64,000 bases of DNA, taken from Gammaproteobacteria bacterium. GTDB taxonomy: Bacteria; Pseudomonadota; Gammaproteobacteria; HyVt-429. This document shows positions 29,366-43,721 of this stretch, piece after piece. The notes under the pieces were generated by a model, which made no database searches, was not told the origin of the DNA, and worked only from the letters and a program-made list of their open reading frames with translations. The translations under genes were made by a program, and so were the position numbers. Location: assembly GCA_013152415.1 (NCBI GenBank), contig JAADGI010000019.1, positions 65,592 through 129,591 of the forward strand. Reading direction: 5' to 3'. Numbering within the stretch: the stretch's first letter is position 1; every line of letters begins with the position of its first letter.

Positions 29366-29702
29366 CGTGATGACCTCATTAGTATTTTGGTATTTGTCCA
29401 GATTACGGCAGAGAACAATCTTCTGCGGTGCAATCAGCAGAAACAATGCCGAATCAAAATCTATACATCAAACAGATGCCCAACAATTCCGTACACCCGA
29501 ACACGAACATGCTACCACATCCACCATCAATATGCCGTTTACGGCTGGTGTCAAACAAGAACCAAAGTGGGCGATGCAAATAAAAAAATAGGGTCTTGTC
29601 TTTTGCCTTTCCTGAATCATTGATGAGACCGGCAATACGAGGGTATCCAGAATTTGATCAAATCGTCCTGGGGTACCTCGGCGGGACACTCTAAAATAAA
29701 TA

Positions 29703-29728
29703 TTCTCGGCCAGGAGACCGCTCCTACA
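29703..29728 (-). repeat. GTAG-type REP element
   Basis: Minus strand TGTAGGAGCGGTCTCCTGGCCGAGAA: GTAG foot followed by CGGTC/GGCCG hairpin. Confidence 0.6.
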
Positions 29729-29743
29729 GTGGGCCCAATTTTT

Positions 29744-29769
29744 TTCGCGTCTTCGCGCCTCTTCGGCCA
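29744..29769. repeat. Solo arm of the CGCnAAG-unit element
   Basis: TTCGCGTCTTCGCGCCTCTTCGGC resembles the right arm at 6792-6816 (CTCTGCGTCTTCGCGCCTTTGCGGC); no partner arm seen. Confidence 0.6.
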
Positions 29770-29803
29770 CCGCATTTTATCAAAAAACGCCCAAAACTTT
29801 ACA

Positions 29804-30088
29804 TTACTTGGATTCTATTACCTGAACAAAAGTCTCATCCTTTTTAATCATACCGAGCTCGGTGCGGGCGCGCTCCTCTACCGCATCAAACCCTTTGCGC
29901 AGATCAATTACTTCGGCTTCCAAAGTAAGATTGCGCTCGACCCGGCGACTGTTTTCTTCTCCCTGGGCCTGAACTCTCTGGTGTAATTGCCAGGTATCTA
30001 GCAGGTTACCATTGCCCAACCACAAGGCGTACTGCAGGCCCAACAGTACCAGTGTCAGCGTTGTCACGAGCACATTCGTCGGAGACAT
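29804..30088 (-). CDS. ftsB: Cell division protein FtsB
   Basis: LQYALWLGNG, RNLTLEAEVIDL, EERARTELGMIK; downstream of eno. Confidence 0.93.
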   Translation of the reverse strand: MSPTNVLVTTLTLVLLGLQYALWLGNGNLLDTWQLHQRVQAQGEENSRRVERNLTLEAEVIDLRKGFDAVEERARTELGMIKKDETFVQVIESK

Positions 30089-30198
30089 CGGCTTTAACCT
30101 ATGTTTGATCTCATCTCTTCAATCGACCTGGACGGCATAATGTAGATACTCACCCCGAATCACCTGAATTTCAAGGAAATGGTGAACACATCTTCCCT

Positions 30199-31518
<1,320 letters not shown>

Positions 31519-31751
31519 TTAATTACACATCCCCGCCGTAAGCGGCCGGAGTATCAATACCAATGCCACACCGGCACAGGCCGGTATCCATCTCAAATAA
31601 GACCCTCACCTTCAAACAGCCCTCTGCGTTCCGATATGGGTTCTGACCTCGGCTTTGGCGCCCTGCATCACTCTACCGCCTGCGCCCATGCAGACGTACG
31701 CCAAAATGACGATATTCACCGCTATCGATATTCGCAAACTGCTGCAGAAAA

Positions 31752-34258
<2,507 letters not shown>

Positions 34259-34373
34259 TTAAACACTGTAGAGGGGGAGTCTGGACGATCCCCTGACGGG
34301 GCCACAGTTTAGCAGAGGCGCCACAAAGGCTCAATCAACAAGACCCAATCACACGTCCGCGTGCATGGCCAAA

Positions 34374-35741
34374 TCAACGGGGCTCTACCGTGATGACTAT
34401 GCCACGGGTCGTCGGCATGGCAGCAAACGCGTGGCATGTCCACAGCCCAGCGACGCCCACCAGGGTGTCGCCGATGTAGATCAATGGGATCTGCTGTCGT
34501 TCCCAGGGGGGTATTCCCCTTTCTTGGTAGAGTTTTTTGAGTGCATGGCCACCCTCGCGCCCAGGCAAATGGCAAATTTCCCCACCCTGTCGCCAGCGTA
34601 GGCTGATCCCCGACGAGGGCAGATGACGCGGGTCTATTCCCATCCCGGGACAGTCCATTTTGCTGAGCCGCAGCCCCAATGATTTTATCGTCAGTGGACC
34701 TCCCAAGTCCCACTGGATCTCCTGATCTGCCCCCGGCAACTCAAAGTCGGGGACAATCACCAGGCAATCACGATAGCGACGAATCACCTGCCCCCGCCAA
34801 CACACCCTGGCGCGTCCCGACTCGCCATGTACGACCACCCCCTGGAGGATTTCATCGAGTAAACCCGTGTGGGGTGTTGATCCCACCACGCACCGGCACC
34901 AGTAACGAATAAGATTCTTCTGCCGGATCAGATCAAGACCCGTCACCGCTGCGACTGATAACACCGGTGCTGCGGGTTGAAGCAGCCCACTATACTCCCC
35001 CTGGCACAAGGCCAAATCGGCCCTGGCCAGCTCGTCGAGTAACTGCGCCGCCTCGGCACAATGGGACGCACTACGTGTCAATACCTGGGCCACCTGGGGC
35101 CAACGACCCTGAAGAACCGGAAAAATGCGGTGGCGAATAAAGTTGCGACTAAAGTCGACATCCTGATTGCTGCTGTCATCAACCCAGCATAGTCCATGGA
35201 CCTGGGCGTAACCCCATAGGTCACGTCGGGAGTACCCGAGCAAAGGGCGCAGCAATGTTCCCACACCAAAGGCCCTACGCCGGGGCATGGCCGCCAATCC
35301 CGGTAAGCCCGAACCCCGTAATAACATCATCAATACGGTCTCGGCCTGATCGTCCAAATGGTGGGCGGTGGCCAGAACATCACCGGGCTCGAGGACTCTT
35401 TGCAAACAATCATAACGGGCCTGCCGGGCGGTGGCCTCCAGACTCTCCCGGGCACCCCGCTTGAGCTTGAGTTTTTCTGTTTGGCACACAACCGAAAGTC
35501 GATCACATTGCTCCTGGCAGTGTGTAGCCCAACTGTCGGATTGAGGATTGAGGCCATGATTGATATGCCGGGCCACAAGCTTAAGCCCCATGGACCCACG
35601 TAATTCACTCAAACCATGGAGTAATACGTGGGAATCCATGCCACCGCTGTAGGCCACATGAATTCGTGCGCCCATACCGACCCCCAAGCGTTTTAGGTCT
35701 TCAGCGAGAGAGTCGATTGAAAAGCTGGTGCCGGATGGCAT
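34374..35741 (-). CDS. tilS: tRNA(Ile)-lysidine synthetase
   Basis: SGGMDS, AHHLDDQAET, RNFIRH, IPPWER. Confidence 0.95.
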   Translation of the reverse strand: MPSGTSFSIDSLAEDLKRLGVGMGARIHVAYSGGMDSHVLLHGLSELRGSMGLKLVARHINHGLNPQSDSWATHCQEQCDRLSVVCQTEKLKLKRGARESLEATARQARYDCLQRVLEPGDVLATAHHLDDQAETVLMMLLRGSGLPGLAAMPRRRAFGVGTLLRPLLGYSRRDLWGYAQVHGLCWVDDSSNQDVDFSRNFIRHRIFPVLQGRWPQVAQVLTRSASHCAEAAQLLDELARADLALCQGEYSGLLQPAAPVLSVAAVTGLDLIRQKNLIRYWCRCVVGSTPHTGLLDEILQGVVVHGESGRARVCWRGQVIRRYRDCLVIVPDFELPGADQEIQWDLGGPLTIKSLGLRLSKMDCPGMGIDPRHLPSSGISLRWRQGGEICHLPGREGGHALKKLYQERGIPPWERQQIPLIYIGDTLVGVAGLWTCHAFAAMPTTRGIVITVEPR

Positions 35742-35771
35742 GCCTAAACCTGCTTGTGTTATTTATTGGGT

Positions 35772-35906
35772 TCTCGCAGAGGCGCCAAGCACGCAAATAA
35801 TGATTGAATCTATTCACATGGCGATTGACCATGCTGCGGTTTTCAGCGTACCTCGTTTTTTGCCCTTAATTGGCTTTGCCTTGGCGTACTTGGCGTCTCT
35901 GCGAGA
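35772..35906. repeat. CGCnAAG-unit inverted-repeat element, copy 2 (accA-tilS)
   Basis: TCTCGCAGAGGCGCCAAGCACGCAAA versus reverse complement of 35881-35906 TCTCGCAGAGACGCCAAGTACGCCAA, 23/26 identical. Confidence 0.85.
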
Positions 35907-35933
35907 GTACCAGACATCAAACATGGATGGGAT

Positions 35934-36896
35934 CTAGCCAACTTGTTCAACCTGGCCGAACTGGATCAAACGCTGGTAGCGCATGTCCAAAAGCTCATCC
36001 ACACTGAGCTGGCTCAATCGATCCAGGTTGCTGCTCAAGGCACGTTTCAAAGTCGCGGCCATAGTATCCATATCACGGTGGGCACCCCCCAAAGGTTCGG
36101 CTACCACCTCATCCACGAGCTGACGTGAAAACAGAATTTCAGCCGTAAGTCCCATGGCCTGGGCAGCCTCAGGGGCCTTATCGGCGCTTTTCCACAAGAT
36201 CGAGGCGCAGCCCTCCGGGGAGATCACCGAATAGGTCGAATATTGCAACATCATCAGATGGTCACAGACGCCGATGGCCAGGGCTCCACCAGAGCCACCC
36301 TCACCAATCACGGTGGCAATGATCGGTGTCTTCAGATCGGCCATTTCGTATAAGTTGCGGGCGATGGCCTCACTCTGGCCGCGCTCCTCAGCCCCCACAC
36401 CGGGATAGGCCCCCGGTGTATCGATAAACGTGATCACCGGCAATTTGAAGCGTTCTGCCAGCTTCATCAGACGCAGGGCCTTGCGATAACCTTCCGGCCT
36501 GGGCATACCGAAATTCCTAAAGAGTTTGTCTTTGGTATCCCGTCCCTTTTGATGCCCAATAACCATGACCGGACGCCCATCCAAGCGACCCAGCCCACCA
36601 ATCAGGGCATGGTCATCGGCAAAGCTGCGATCACCGTGGAGCTCCTGAAAATCATCAATGAAACGTTGAATGTAATCAAAACTAAAGGGGCGTTGGGGGT
36701 GACGGGCCAACTGGGAAATCTGCCAGGTACTGAGTGATGAAAAAACGGATTCCGTCAGCTTGAGACTCTTTTTTTGCAGACGGGCAATCTCATCGCCAAT
36801 ATTAAAATCCTCATTGACACTGACATGGCGTAGTTCTTCTATCTTCGCCTCCAACTCGGCGATGGGTTGCTCAAACTCCAGATAATTTAGATTCAT
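35934..36896 (-). CDS. accA: Acetyl-CoA carboxylase carboxyltransferase alpha
   Basis: [37 protein letters not shown]. Confidence 0.98.
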   Translation of the reverse strand: MNLNYLEFEQPIAELEAKIEELRHVSVNEDFNIGDEIARLQKKSLKLTESVFSSLSTWQISQLARHPQRPFSFDYIQRFIDDFQELHGDRSFADDHALIGGLGRLDGRPVMVIGHQKGRDTKDKLFRNFGMPRPEGYRKALRLMKLAERFKLPVITFIDTPGAYPGVGAEERGQSEAIARNLYEMADLKTPIIATVIGEGGSGGALAIGVCDHLMMLQYSTYSVISPEGCASILWKSADKAPEAAQAMGLTAEILFSRQLVDEVVAEPLGGAHRDMDTMAATLKRALSSNLDRLSQLSVDELLDMRYQRLIQFGQVEQVG

Positions 36897-37076
36897 GCTG
36901 GCAAGACTATGCGGCTGATGTCAGTAATGTGTACAAATGAATTATGCGCACTATATCAAATTACGGCCCTGGCGTCGCAATGGCTACGACAGGCTGGCTT
37001 GGCTTGCCGGATGCGAAGCACTCCAACCCACAGGCCCGTTCATGCCCGTGACAGACTTAGGCAGGTGGCATCCAAA

Positions 37077-40000
37077 TTACTGGTAGAACACCTCGACCTG
37101 GTCTTGCCCAGCCAGATGGCTCAAACCCTCCAGAATATCTGTGCAAGGCAGGACCTGCCACTCCGGCCCCAAGGCCACCACGGCGGTGGCCTCGACATTC
37201 TCATAGTGCAGATACACCGGGCAACTCCCTGGGTTGATGTGAGGCTTGAGGATGGCCTCCAGGCTGGATAGAAACCCGTTGCTGGCATGGCTCCGATCCA
37301 CCTTGATCACCAGCCGCTTGGCCAGGGATCCCCTTGCCTGGTCCAGGTCATATATCCTGGAGGCGCTCATCTTGAATCCATCGGTGTATTCATCCACGGT
37401 GACCTGACCCTCAACGATGAGTAAAACGTCCTTGCGTAGCAGTTCACGGCAGGACTTATAGGCATCGGCAAACACCGCAATCTCCAATCGACCACTTCGG
37501 TCATCCAGGGTCATAAATGCCATCTTGTCACCACGTCGTGTATTCATGGTACGCAGGGCCACCACCAGGCCTGCGATCGTCAAATTTCGATTTTCTGTGG
37601 GATTGAGTTCTGAAATTTTGCTATCGACGATACGCCCCAGTTCCGCCTCATGCTGGGCAATGGGGTGCCCGGTCAAAAACAGGCCCAAGGTAGCCCGCTC
37701 GCCTTCCAAACGCCTTTGCTCAGACCACTCCGGGGCATCGATATAGCTCCGGTCTGCAATGTCCGTATCTTGCAAGCCGAATATATCCCCTTGGCCTGAA
37801 TCCCGGTCACGGCTGGTCTGTCCTGCAAGACTTAAGGCATTCGACAAAGTTGCACTAAGGCTGGCCCGGTGAGCCCCTAAACTGTCCAGGGCACCGGCCT
37901 GAATCATGGCCTCAAATACCCGTCGGTTGACTCGACCGGGCTCGACTCGCTGGGCCAGATCAAACATATCTTTAAATGAGCCATCTCGATTACGGGCTTC
38001 AAGGCAGGCCTCAATAGCGGACAGGCCGATACCCTTGATCGCCCCCAACCCATAGAGAATCCTGTCCTCACCCAGGGGCATGAAGGCATATTCACAACGA
38101 TTGATGTCGGGCGGCAATATTTCAATATGGAGGTCGCGACATTCGGCGGTCAATCGCACCACCTTGTCAGTGTGATCCATGTCCGCAGACAGGGCAGCGG
38201 CCATAAATGAAGCGGGATAGTGAGTCTTGAGCCAGGCCGTTTGATAGGCAATCAAGGCATAGGCTACGGAGTGGGACTTATTGAAGCCGTAGCCGGCAAA
38301 TTTCTCCATCAAATCAAAAATGTGTGTGGCCTGTCTTTCGTTCACACCACGCGCAGTCGCCCCTTCCACAAACACCGAACGTTGCTTAGCCATCTCCTCG
38401 GGTTTTTTCTTACCCATGGCTCGGCGTAGCAAATCAGCGGCACCCAAAGAATAATTGGCCAACACCTGGGCAATTTGCATGACTTGTTCTTGATAGAGAA
38501 TAACCCCGTAGGTCGGTTTTAAAATAGGCTCCAGATCGGGGTGAGGATAGGCCACTTTGGCGCGGCCATGTTTACGATTGATAAAGTCATCCACCATGCC
38601 CGACTGGAGTGGGCCGGGACGAAACAAGGCGACCGAGGCAACAATGTCATCGAAACTATCCGGGGCCAAACGCCGCAACACATCACGCATCCCTTGAGAT
38701 TCCAGTTGAAACAGGGCAACGGTACGACAGGATCTTAACAGTGCATAGGTCGCTTCATCGTCAGTGGGAATCTGATCAATACGTATGGTCGCCTTGCCTT
38801 CCTGGGCGCATTTGGTGTTAATAATCTTGACCGCCTTATCGATAATGGTGAGGGTGCGCAAGCCCAGAAAATCGAATTTCACCAGACCCACGTCCTCAAG
38901 GTCTTTCATGTCCAACTGGGTTACCAACTGGGTGGCACCCTGCTCACCATAAAGGGGGGTATAGTCCGTCAGTGCTGTGGGGGCGATGACCACACCACCG
39001 GCGTGTTTGCCTGCATTGCGGGGTGTGCCTTCCAGGGACATGGCCACATCAAGCAGCTCCTTGACCTCGGTCTCCTGGTCATATCGCTGTTTGAGCAACT
39101 CCTCCTGCTCTAAAGCCTTTTCCAAAGTCATACCGATCTCGAACGGGATCGTCTTGGCCAATTTATCGACAAAGCCGTAAGGATGGTCGAGCACCCTGCC
39201 GACGTCCCTTACCACTGCACGCGCTGCCATGCTGCCATGGGTAATGATTTGTGCCACTTGGTCCTGACCAAAGCGTTTGGATACATATTCGATAACGCGG
39301 TCACGGCCCTCGATACAAAAATCAATATCAAAATCAGGTAAGGAGACGCGCTCTGGATTGAGGAAGCGCTCAAACAATAATCCATGTTCAATGGGATCGA
39401 TTTCGGTAATGGAGAGGGCATAGGCCACCAGAGATCCGGCACCGGAGCCACGGCCCGGCCCGACAGGTATATCGTTTTCTTTGGCCCAACGAATAAAATC
39501 GGCAACGATTAAAAAATATCCTGCAAAGCCCATGGCATTAATGGTCTCGATCTCCATTTCCAGACGCTGGCGATAGGTGTCTAAAAGACTCTCCAGATCA
39601 AGTTTCAGTTCCAGGGCCTTGAGTCCAACATGGGCCTTTTCCCGCAAGAGCTCATCTACCGTTTGCCCCGCAGGTACCGGAAAGTCAGGCAGATAGTGCT
39701 TACCCAGATCAAAACTCAGATTGCAGCGTTGTGCGATGGCAACGCTATTGGCCAGGGCGGCGGGGATATCCGCAAACAACTTGGCCATCTCATCGGCACT
39801 ACGAAAAAACTGTTGCTCGGTAAACAGACGCGGACGTCGACTGTCGTTCAAGGTGCGCCCTTCTTGTATACACACACGCACCTCATGGGCCTCAAAATCC
39901 TCTGCGGTCAGAAACTGCACCGGATGGGTGGCCACTACGGGTAAATCAAGTGTTTGTGCAAGATCCACCGCCTCGTGTATATAGGCTTCCTGATTGGGGT

Positions 40001-40520
40001 GGCTGCTGCGTTGTAACTCAATGTAGAACCGATCCTTAAACAATTTGCCACAGTGGCCGGCAAGCTGGCGTGCCCGGTCAGCGTTCCCTGCTAATAGCCA
40101 CTGACCGATCTCACCCTCAGTGGCCCCGGACAGGGCAATCAAACCACTGCACTGACCTTCGAACCACTGCATATGCATGCACGGCCGGGTGGACACCTGG
40201 CCCTCGGTATAGGCTCGGGTCAACAGGCGGTTGAGTTCATGGAAACCCGCCTGATTCTGGCACAGTAGAAGCATACGAAAGGGCTGTTTGCCCGGCTCGG
40301 GGTTATGAATCCATACATCACAGCCAAAAAGGGGCTTGATGCCCGCCCTGACTGCAACCCGATAGAGTTTGACCGCCGCGAACAAGTTCGCCAGATCGGT
40401 GACGGCCACCGCTGGCATGTTGAAGCGGCGTGCGGCATTCACCAAGTCGCCCACACGCACCGTACCATCGGCGAGAGAGTATTCGCTGTGAACGCGGAGG
40501 TGGACAAATGGGACAGTCAT
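37077..40520 (-). CDS. dnaE: DNA polymerase III alpha subunit
   Basis: FVHLRVHSEYS, GRGSGAGS, PDFDIDF, YGFNKSH; normal length, no intein. Confidence 0.98.
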   Translation of the reverse strand: MTVPFVHLRVHSEYSLADGTVRVGDLVNAARRFNMPAVAVTDLANLFAAVKLYRVAVRAGIKPLFGCDVWIHNPEPGKQPFRMLLLCQNQAGFHELNRLLTRAYTEGQVSTRPCMHMQWFEGQCSGLIALSGATEGEIGQWLLAGNADRARQLAGHCGKLFKDRFYIELQRSSHPNQEAYIHEAVDLAQTLDLPVVATHPVQFLTAEDFEAHEVRVCIQEGRTLNDSRRPRLFTEQQFFRSADEMAKLFADIPAALANSVAIAQRCNLSFDLGKHYLPDFPVPAGQTVDELLREKAHVGLKALELKLDLESLLDTYRQRLEMEIETINAMGFAGYFLIVADFIRWAKENDIPVGPGRGSGAGSLVAYALSITEIDPIEHGLLFERFLNPERVSLPDFDIDFCIEGRDRVIEYVSKRFGQDQVAQIITHGSMAARAVVRDVGRVLDHPYGFVDKLAKTIPFEIGMTLEKALEQEELLKQRYDQETEVKELLDVAMSLEGTPRNAGKHAGGVVIAPTALTDYTPLYGEQGATQLVTQLDMKDLEDVGLVKFDFLGLRTLTIIDKAVKIINTKCAQEGKATIRIDQIPTDDEATYALLRSCRTVALFQLESQGMRDVLRRLAPDSFDDIVASVALFRPGPLQSGMVDDFINRKHGRAKVAYPHPDLEPILKPTYGVILYQEQVMQIAQVLANYSLGAADLLRRAMGKKKPEEMAKQRSVFVEGATARGVNERQATHIFDLMEKFAGYGFNKSHSVAYALIAYQTAWLKTHYPASFMAAALSADMDHTDKVVRLTAECRDLHIEILPPDINRCEYAFMPLGEDRILYGLGAIKGIGLSAIEACLEARNRDGSFKDMFDLAQRVEPGRVNRRVFEAMIQAGALDSLGAHRASLSATLSNALSLAGQTSRDRDSGQGDIFGLQDTDIADRSYIDAPEWSEQRRLEGERATLGLFLTGHPIAQHEAELGRIVDSKISELNPTENRNLTIAGLVVALRTMNTRRGDKMAFMTLDDRSGRLEIAVFADAYKSCRELLRKDVLLIVEGQVTVDEYTDGFKMSASRIYDLDQARGSLAKRLVIKVDRSHASNGFLSSLEAILKPHINPGSCPVYLHYENVEATAVVALGPEWQVLPCTDILEGLSHLAGQDQVEVFYQ

Positions 40521-40587
40521 AGGTCAATTTCACCCTAATTCGCGGCGGTGGGGAAGTGCTGTAAATATCATCAATAAAATGGGTGGC

Positions 40588-41193
40588 TTAACCAGTGGTG
40601 TCATGGTGACAACGCCGCTTGACCGGCCCAAAACTCAGCCTGTGTACCGGTGTAATCCCCAGCTCATCCAGGGCCTGAATGTGAGCTGCAGTGGGGTAGC
40701 CCTTGTGACGTGCAAAACCGTATCCTGGGTAATCGCGATCCAGACGAACCATTTCCCCATCTCGCTCCACCTTGGCCAAAATCGAGGCTGCAGAAATTTC
40801 CGCCACGCGGCTGTCTCCTCTTACGATAGCACGAACCTGGCAACTCAATTTTGGTGCATGAAGCCCATCGACCAAGGCCAGCTGAGGGGTTACAGACAGG
40901 GCCGTTACCGCCCGTTGCATGGCCAACAGGCTCGCCTGCAGGATATTGATCTCGTCGATCTCTTCCACCTCGGCTCGTCCAGTGGCCCAACAATGGGCAT
41001 CACGCTTAATGACTGCGGCCAACTCGGTGCGCCTCTGGGGACTCAACTTTTTGGAATCTGCCAAACCGGTAATAGGCTTGGCACTGTCCAATACGACCGC
41101 CGCCGCCACCACCGGTCCCGCCAGCGGACCCCGCCCGGCCTCGTCCACCCCCACGGTGATGCCAAATTGCCGACGTAGGGCCTCAAATTCCAT
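40588..41193 (-). CDS. rnhB: Ribonuclease HII
   Basis: [31 protein letters not shown]. Confidence 0.96.
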   Translation of the reverse strand: MEFEALRRQFGITVGVDEAGRGPLAGPVVAAAVVLDSAKPITGLADSKKLSPQRRTELAAVIKRDAHCWATGRAEVEEIDEINILQASLLAMQRAVTALSVTPQLALVDGLHAPKLSCQVRAIVRGDSRVAEISAASILAKVERDGEMVRLDRDYPGYGFARHKGYPTAAHIQALDELGITPVHRLSFGPVKRRCHHDTTG

Positions 41194-42349
41194 TGTCCGC
41201 CCGCAACATCTCACACACCACCGCCGCGGCCCGACCATGGGCCCCGCGCTTCAATTCGCTATGCATATGCGCGAATGCCTGCTGCACCTCTGTGATCGCA
41301 GCAGCATCCTTGAAATAGCGTTCGACCGCACGGCCAATCTTTTCGGGCTCCGCATTGGCTTGCATCAACTCCGGCACAAGCTGTTTACCGGCGAGGTGAT
41401 TTGGCATGGAATAAAAATCCACATGGGCAAACCAGCGCACCAGAAAATAGGACAACCACGATATACGATAGGCTACCACCATAGGTCGTCGCAACAACGC
41501 GGCCTCCAGGGCTGCGGTACCTGAAGCCAAAATGACCACATCGGCCGCTGCCATAGCCTGATGAGACTGACCTACCTGCGAGGTGATCGGCAGATCTTGT
41601 CTCTCTTTTGCCAAGAGTCTTCTGAAATAGGCCTCACTGCGTTCATCGACAAACGGTGCGATAAAATGGAGCTCAGGGTTGCGTTTTAACAACCAGTTCG
41701 CGGTGCGAATAAAAATTAAGCCCAGGCGCCTGATCTCACTCATTCTGCTCCCAGGCAATATGGCAACAAGGGGTTTATCAGGGTCCAGGCCCAACTTGGT
41801 GCGGGCAATATTCATCGCCATGGGTGAGCCAATCTCATCGGCCATGGGATGGCCTACAAAGCTAACCGGGACATGGTGTTTGCGATAGTAGTCGGCCTCA
41901 AAGGGGAACAAGGTCAGCATATGGTCCACGGCACGACTGATCTTATGGATACGATATCCGCGCCAGGCCCAGACCGTAGGACTGACATAGTGTATGACGG
42001 GGATGCCCCGTCGACGAAGCTTGTGTTCAAGGGTGATGTTGAAGTCGGGAACATCAATCCCAATAAACAGGTCCGGTGGATCGGCGCTGAATTGGTCAAC
42101 TAATGATTTTCGTATTTTTACGATGTCGAACAACTTCTCTGCCAAACCATCTAAGCCCATGACCGAGATACGCTCCATGGCATACATTTGTTGGCAACCC
42201 TGAGCCCGCATGAGCGGTCCACAGATTCCTCTCACCTCAAGTTTGGGTAACTGCTTGTTGAGTTCCCGCAACAGACCTGAACCCAATAAGTCACCAGAAT
42301 GTTCGCCAGCGACAATTCCAATACGCACAATGGGCGAAACGTTATGCAT
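41183..42349 (-). CDS. lpxB: Lipid-A-disaccharide synthase
   Basis: [33 protein letters not shown]. Confidence 0.96.
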   Translation of the reverse strand: MHNVSPIVRIGIVAGEHSGDLLGSGLLRELNKQLPKLEVRGICGPLMRAQGCQQMYAMERISVMGLDGLAEKLFDIVKIRKSLVDQFSADPPDLFIGIDVPDFNITLEHKLRRRGIPVIHYVSPTVWAWRGYRIHKISRAVDHMLTLFPFEADYYRKHHVPVSFVGHPMADEIGSPMAMNIARTKLGLDPDKPLVAILPGSRMSEIRRLGLIFIRTANWLLKRNPELHFIAPFVDERSEAYFRRLLAKERQDLPITSQVGQSHQAMAAADVVILASGTAALEAALLRRPMVVAYRISWLSYFLVRWFAHVDFYSMPNHLAGKQLVPELMQANAEPEKIGRAVERYFKDAAAITEVQQAFAHMHSELKRGAHGRAAAVVCEMLRADNGI

Positions 42350-42388
42350 CCCGTGATCTGTTGGCGGTATACCCAAGAGTTTGTAAAA

Positions 42389-42491
42389 GCTCTTTATGAA
42401 AATTTGTGGGTGTTAGAATTAGTTCTCGCCAAGACGCGAAGGTCGCCAGGAAACAGGGGGCAAAATCTCGGCATCCTTGGTGTCTTGGTAA
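42389..42491. repeat. CGCnAAG-unit element, copy 3 (lpxA-lpxB), with outer terminus on the left
   Basis: GCTCTTTATGAAAATTTGTGGG, then TCTCGCCAAGACGCGAAGGTCGCCAGG and degenerate right arm CTCGGCATCCTTGGTGTCTTGG. Confidence 0.75.
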
Positions 42492-42507
42492 TTAATAACT
42501 TTTCATG

Positions 42508-43278
42508 CTATCGGATGACGCCACGGTCCGAGCTCTGTATAAATTCTATCAGTTGCCCCACTTCCGGGGTCTCGAGCGACAGGGGCTGCATGGCCTCAAC
42601 GGCCTGCTCCAGGCGCAACCCGGAACGATAGAGCAATTTATACGCCTTTTTAATTTGCGCCATGGCTTGCTCTGAGAATCCACGGCGGCGCAAACCTTTC
42701 ACATTGACACCACGGGGCTGTGCGGCATTTCCTGCAGCAATAAAAAAAGGCGGTATATCCTTAAAGGTCGCAGTCCCAATAGCCGTGATGCTATGGGCAC
42801 CCAGGCGACAGAACTGGTGGACCAGGGTGTAGCCCCCGAGGATACTGTAGTCACCAACCTCCACATGCCCGGCAAGACTGGCAGAATTCACAAATATGGT
42901 ATGGTCGCCCACCTGACAATCGTGGGCGATGTGACAATAGGCCATAATTAGATTGTCACTGCCAATCCGGGTGACACCACCACCCTGGGTGGTGCCACGA
43001 TTGAGTGTGCAATACTCGCGTATCGTATTGCCATCACCGATCTCCAGGGTTGTCTTTTCGCCCCGGTAACCCAAATGCTGCGGGGCATCACCAATAGAAC
43101 TGAATTGATAAATCTTGTTTTCTTTGCCGATATGCGTCGGGCCATTTAGCACCACATGCGGACCAATCCAACTTCCCTCTTCGATAACAACACCTGCGCC
43201 AATGGTGGTAAACGGCCCCACATCAACGCCCTCTGCAATTATCGCATCGGGGTCAATAACCGCACTAGGGTGAATCAC
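42508..43278 (-). CDS. lpxA: UDP-N-acetylglucosamine acyltransferase
   Basis: Hexapeptide repeats, HIAHDC, VHQFC. Confidence 0.97.
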   Translation of the reverse strand: MIHPSAVIDPDAIIAEGVDVGPFTTIGAGVVIEEGSWIGPHVVLNGPTHIGKENKIYQFSSIGDAPQHLGYRGEKTTLEIGDGNTIREYCTLNRGTTQGGGVTRIGSDNLIMAYCHIAHDCQVGDHTIFVNSASLAGHVEVGDYSILGGYTLVHQFCRLGAHSITAIGTATFKDIPPFFIAAGNAAQPRGVNVKGLRRRGFSEQAMAQIKKAYKLLYRSGLRLEQAVEAMQPLSLETPEVGQLIEFIQSSDRGVIR

Positions 43279-43721
43279 TCATTATCCTTATAGGTAAACA
43301 TAACACTCGCGGTACAACACAAATTATCATCTACCGACCCTGTTACCGCACATTTCCACATGCTGCGAATTTCACGTTCGAGTGTTACCTGAATCATAAA
43401 CTGATCACCCGGTTCTACGGGGCGCTTGAACCTCGCTTTGTCTATACCCACAAAGTAGTATATGCGTTTGTCGTTTGCCTTGGCATCAATACCCAACGAG
43501 GCCAGAATGGCCGCTGCCTGGACCATCGACTCCAACATCAACACCCCGGGCATCACCGGACGATAAGGGAAGTGTCCCTGAAAAAAAGGTTCATTGAAGG
43601 TTACATTTTTAATTGCCGTCAGTTTCTCGCCTATGGTGTAATCAAGCACTCGATCAACCAACAGAAAAGGATACCGATGGGGCAGATATTCGAGCACCTT
43701 ATGAATATCAAGATCGGTCAC
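43275..43721 (-). CDS. fabZ: 3-hydroxyacyl-ACP dehydratase
   Basis: LPHRYPFLLVDRV, GHFP..PVMPGV. Confidence 0.97.
   Translation of the reverse strand: MTDLDIHKVLEYLPHRYPFLLVDRVLDYTIGEKLTAIKNVTFNEPFFQGHFPYRPVMPGVLMLESMVQAAAILASLGIDAKANDKRIYYFVGIDKARFKRPVEPGDQFMIQVTLEREIRSMWKCAVTGSVDDNLCCTASVMFTYKDNE

Noticed and set aside
28842..29606. GGGTAGGTCCTG / GGGTCTTGTC motifs as direct repeats bounding a gene cassette
   Set aside because: Similarity too short and degenerate to support.
37077..40520. Intein or split in dnaE
   Set aside because: Continuous 1147-aa ORF of normal length with no intein motifs.
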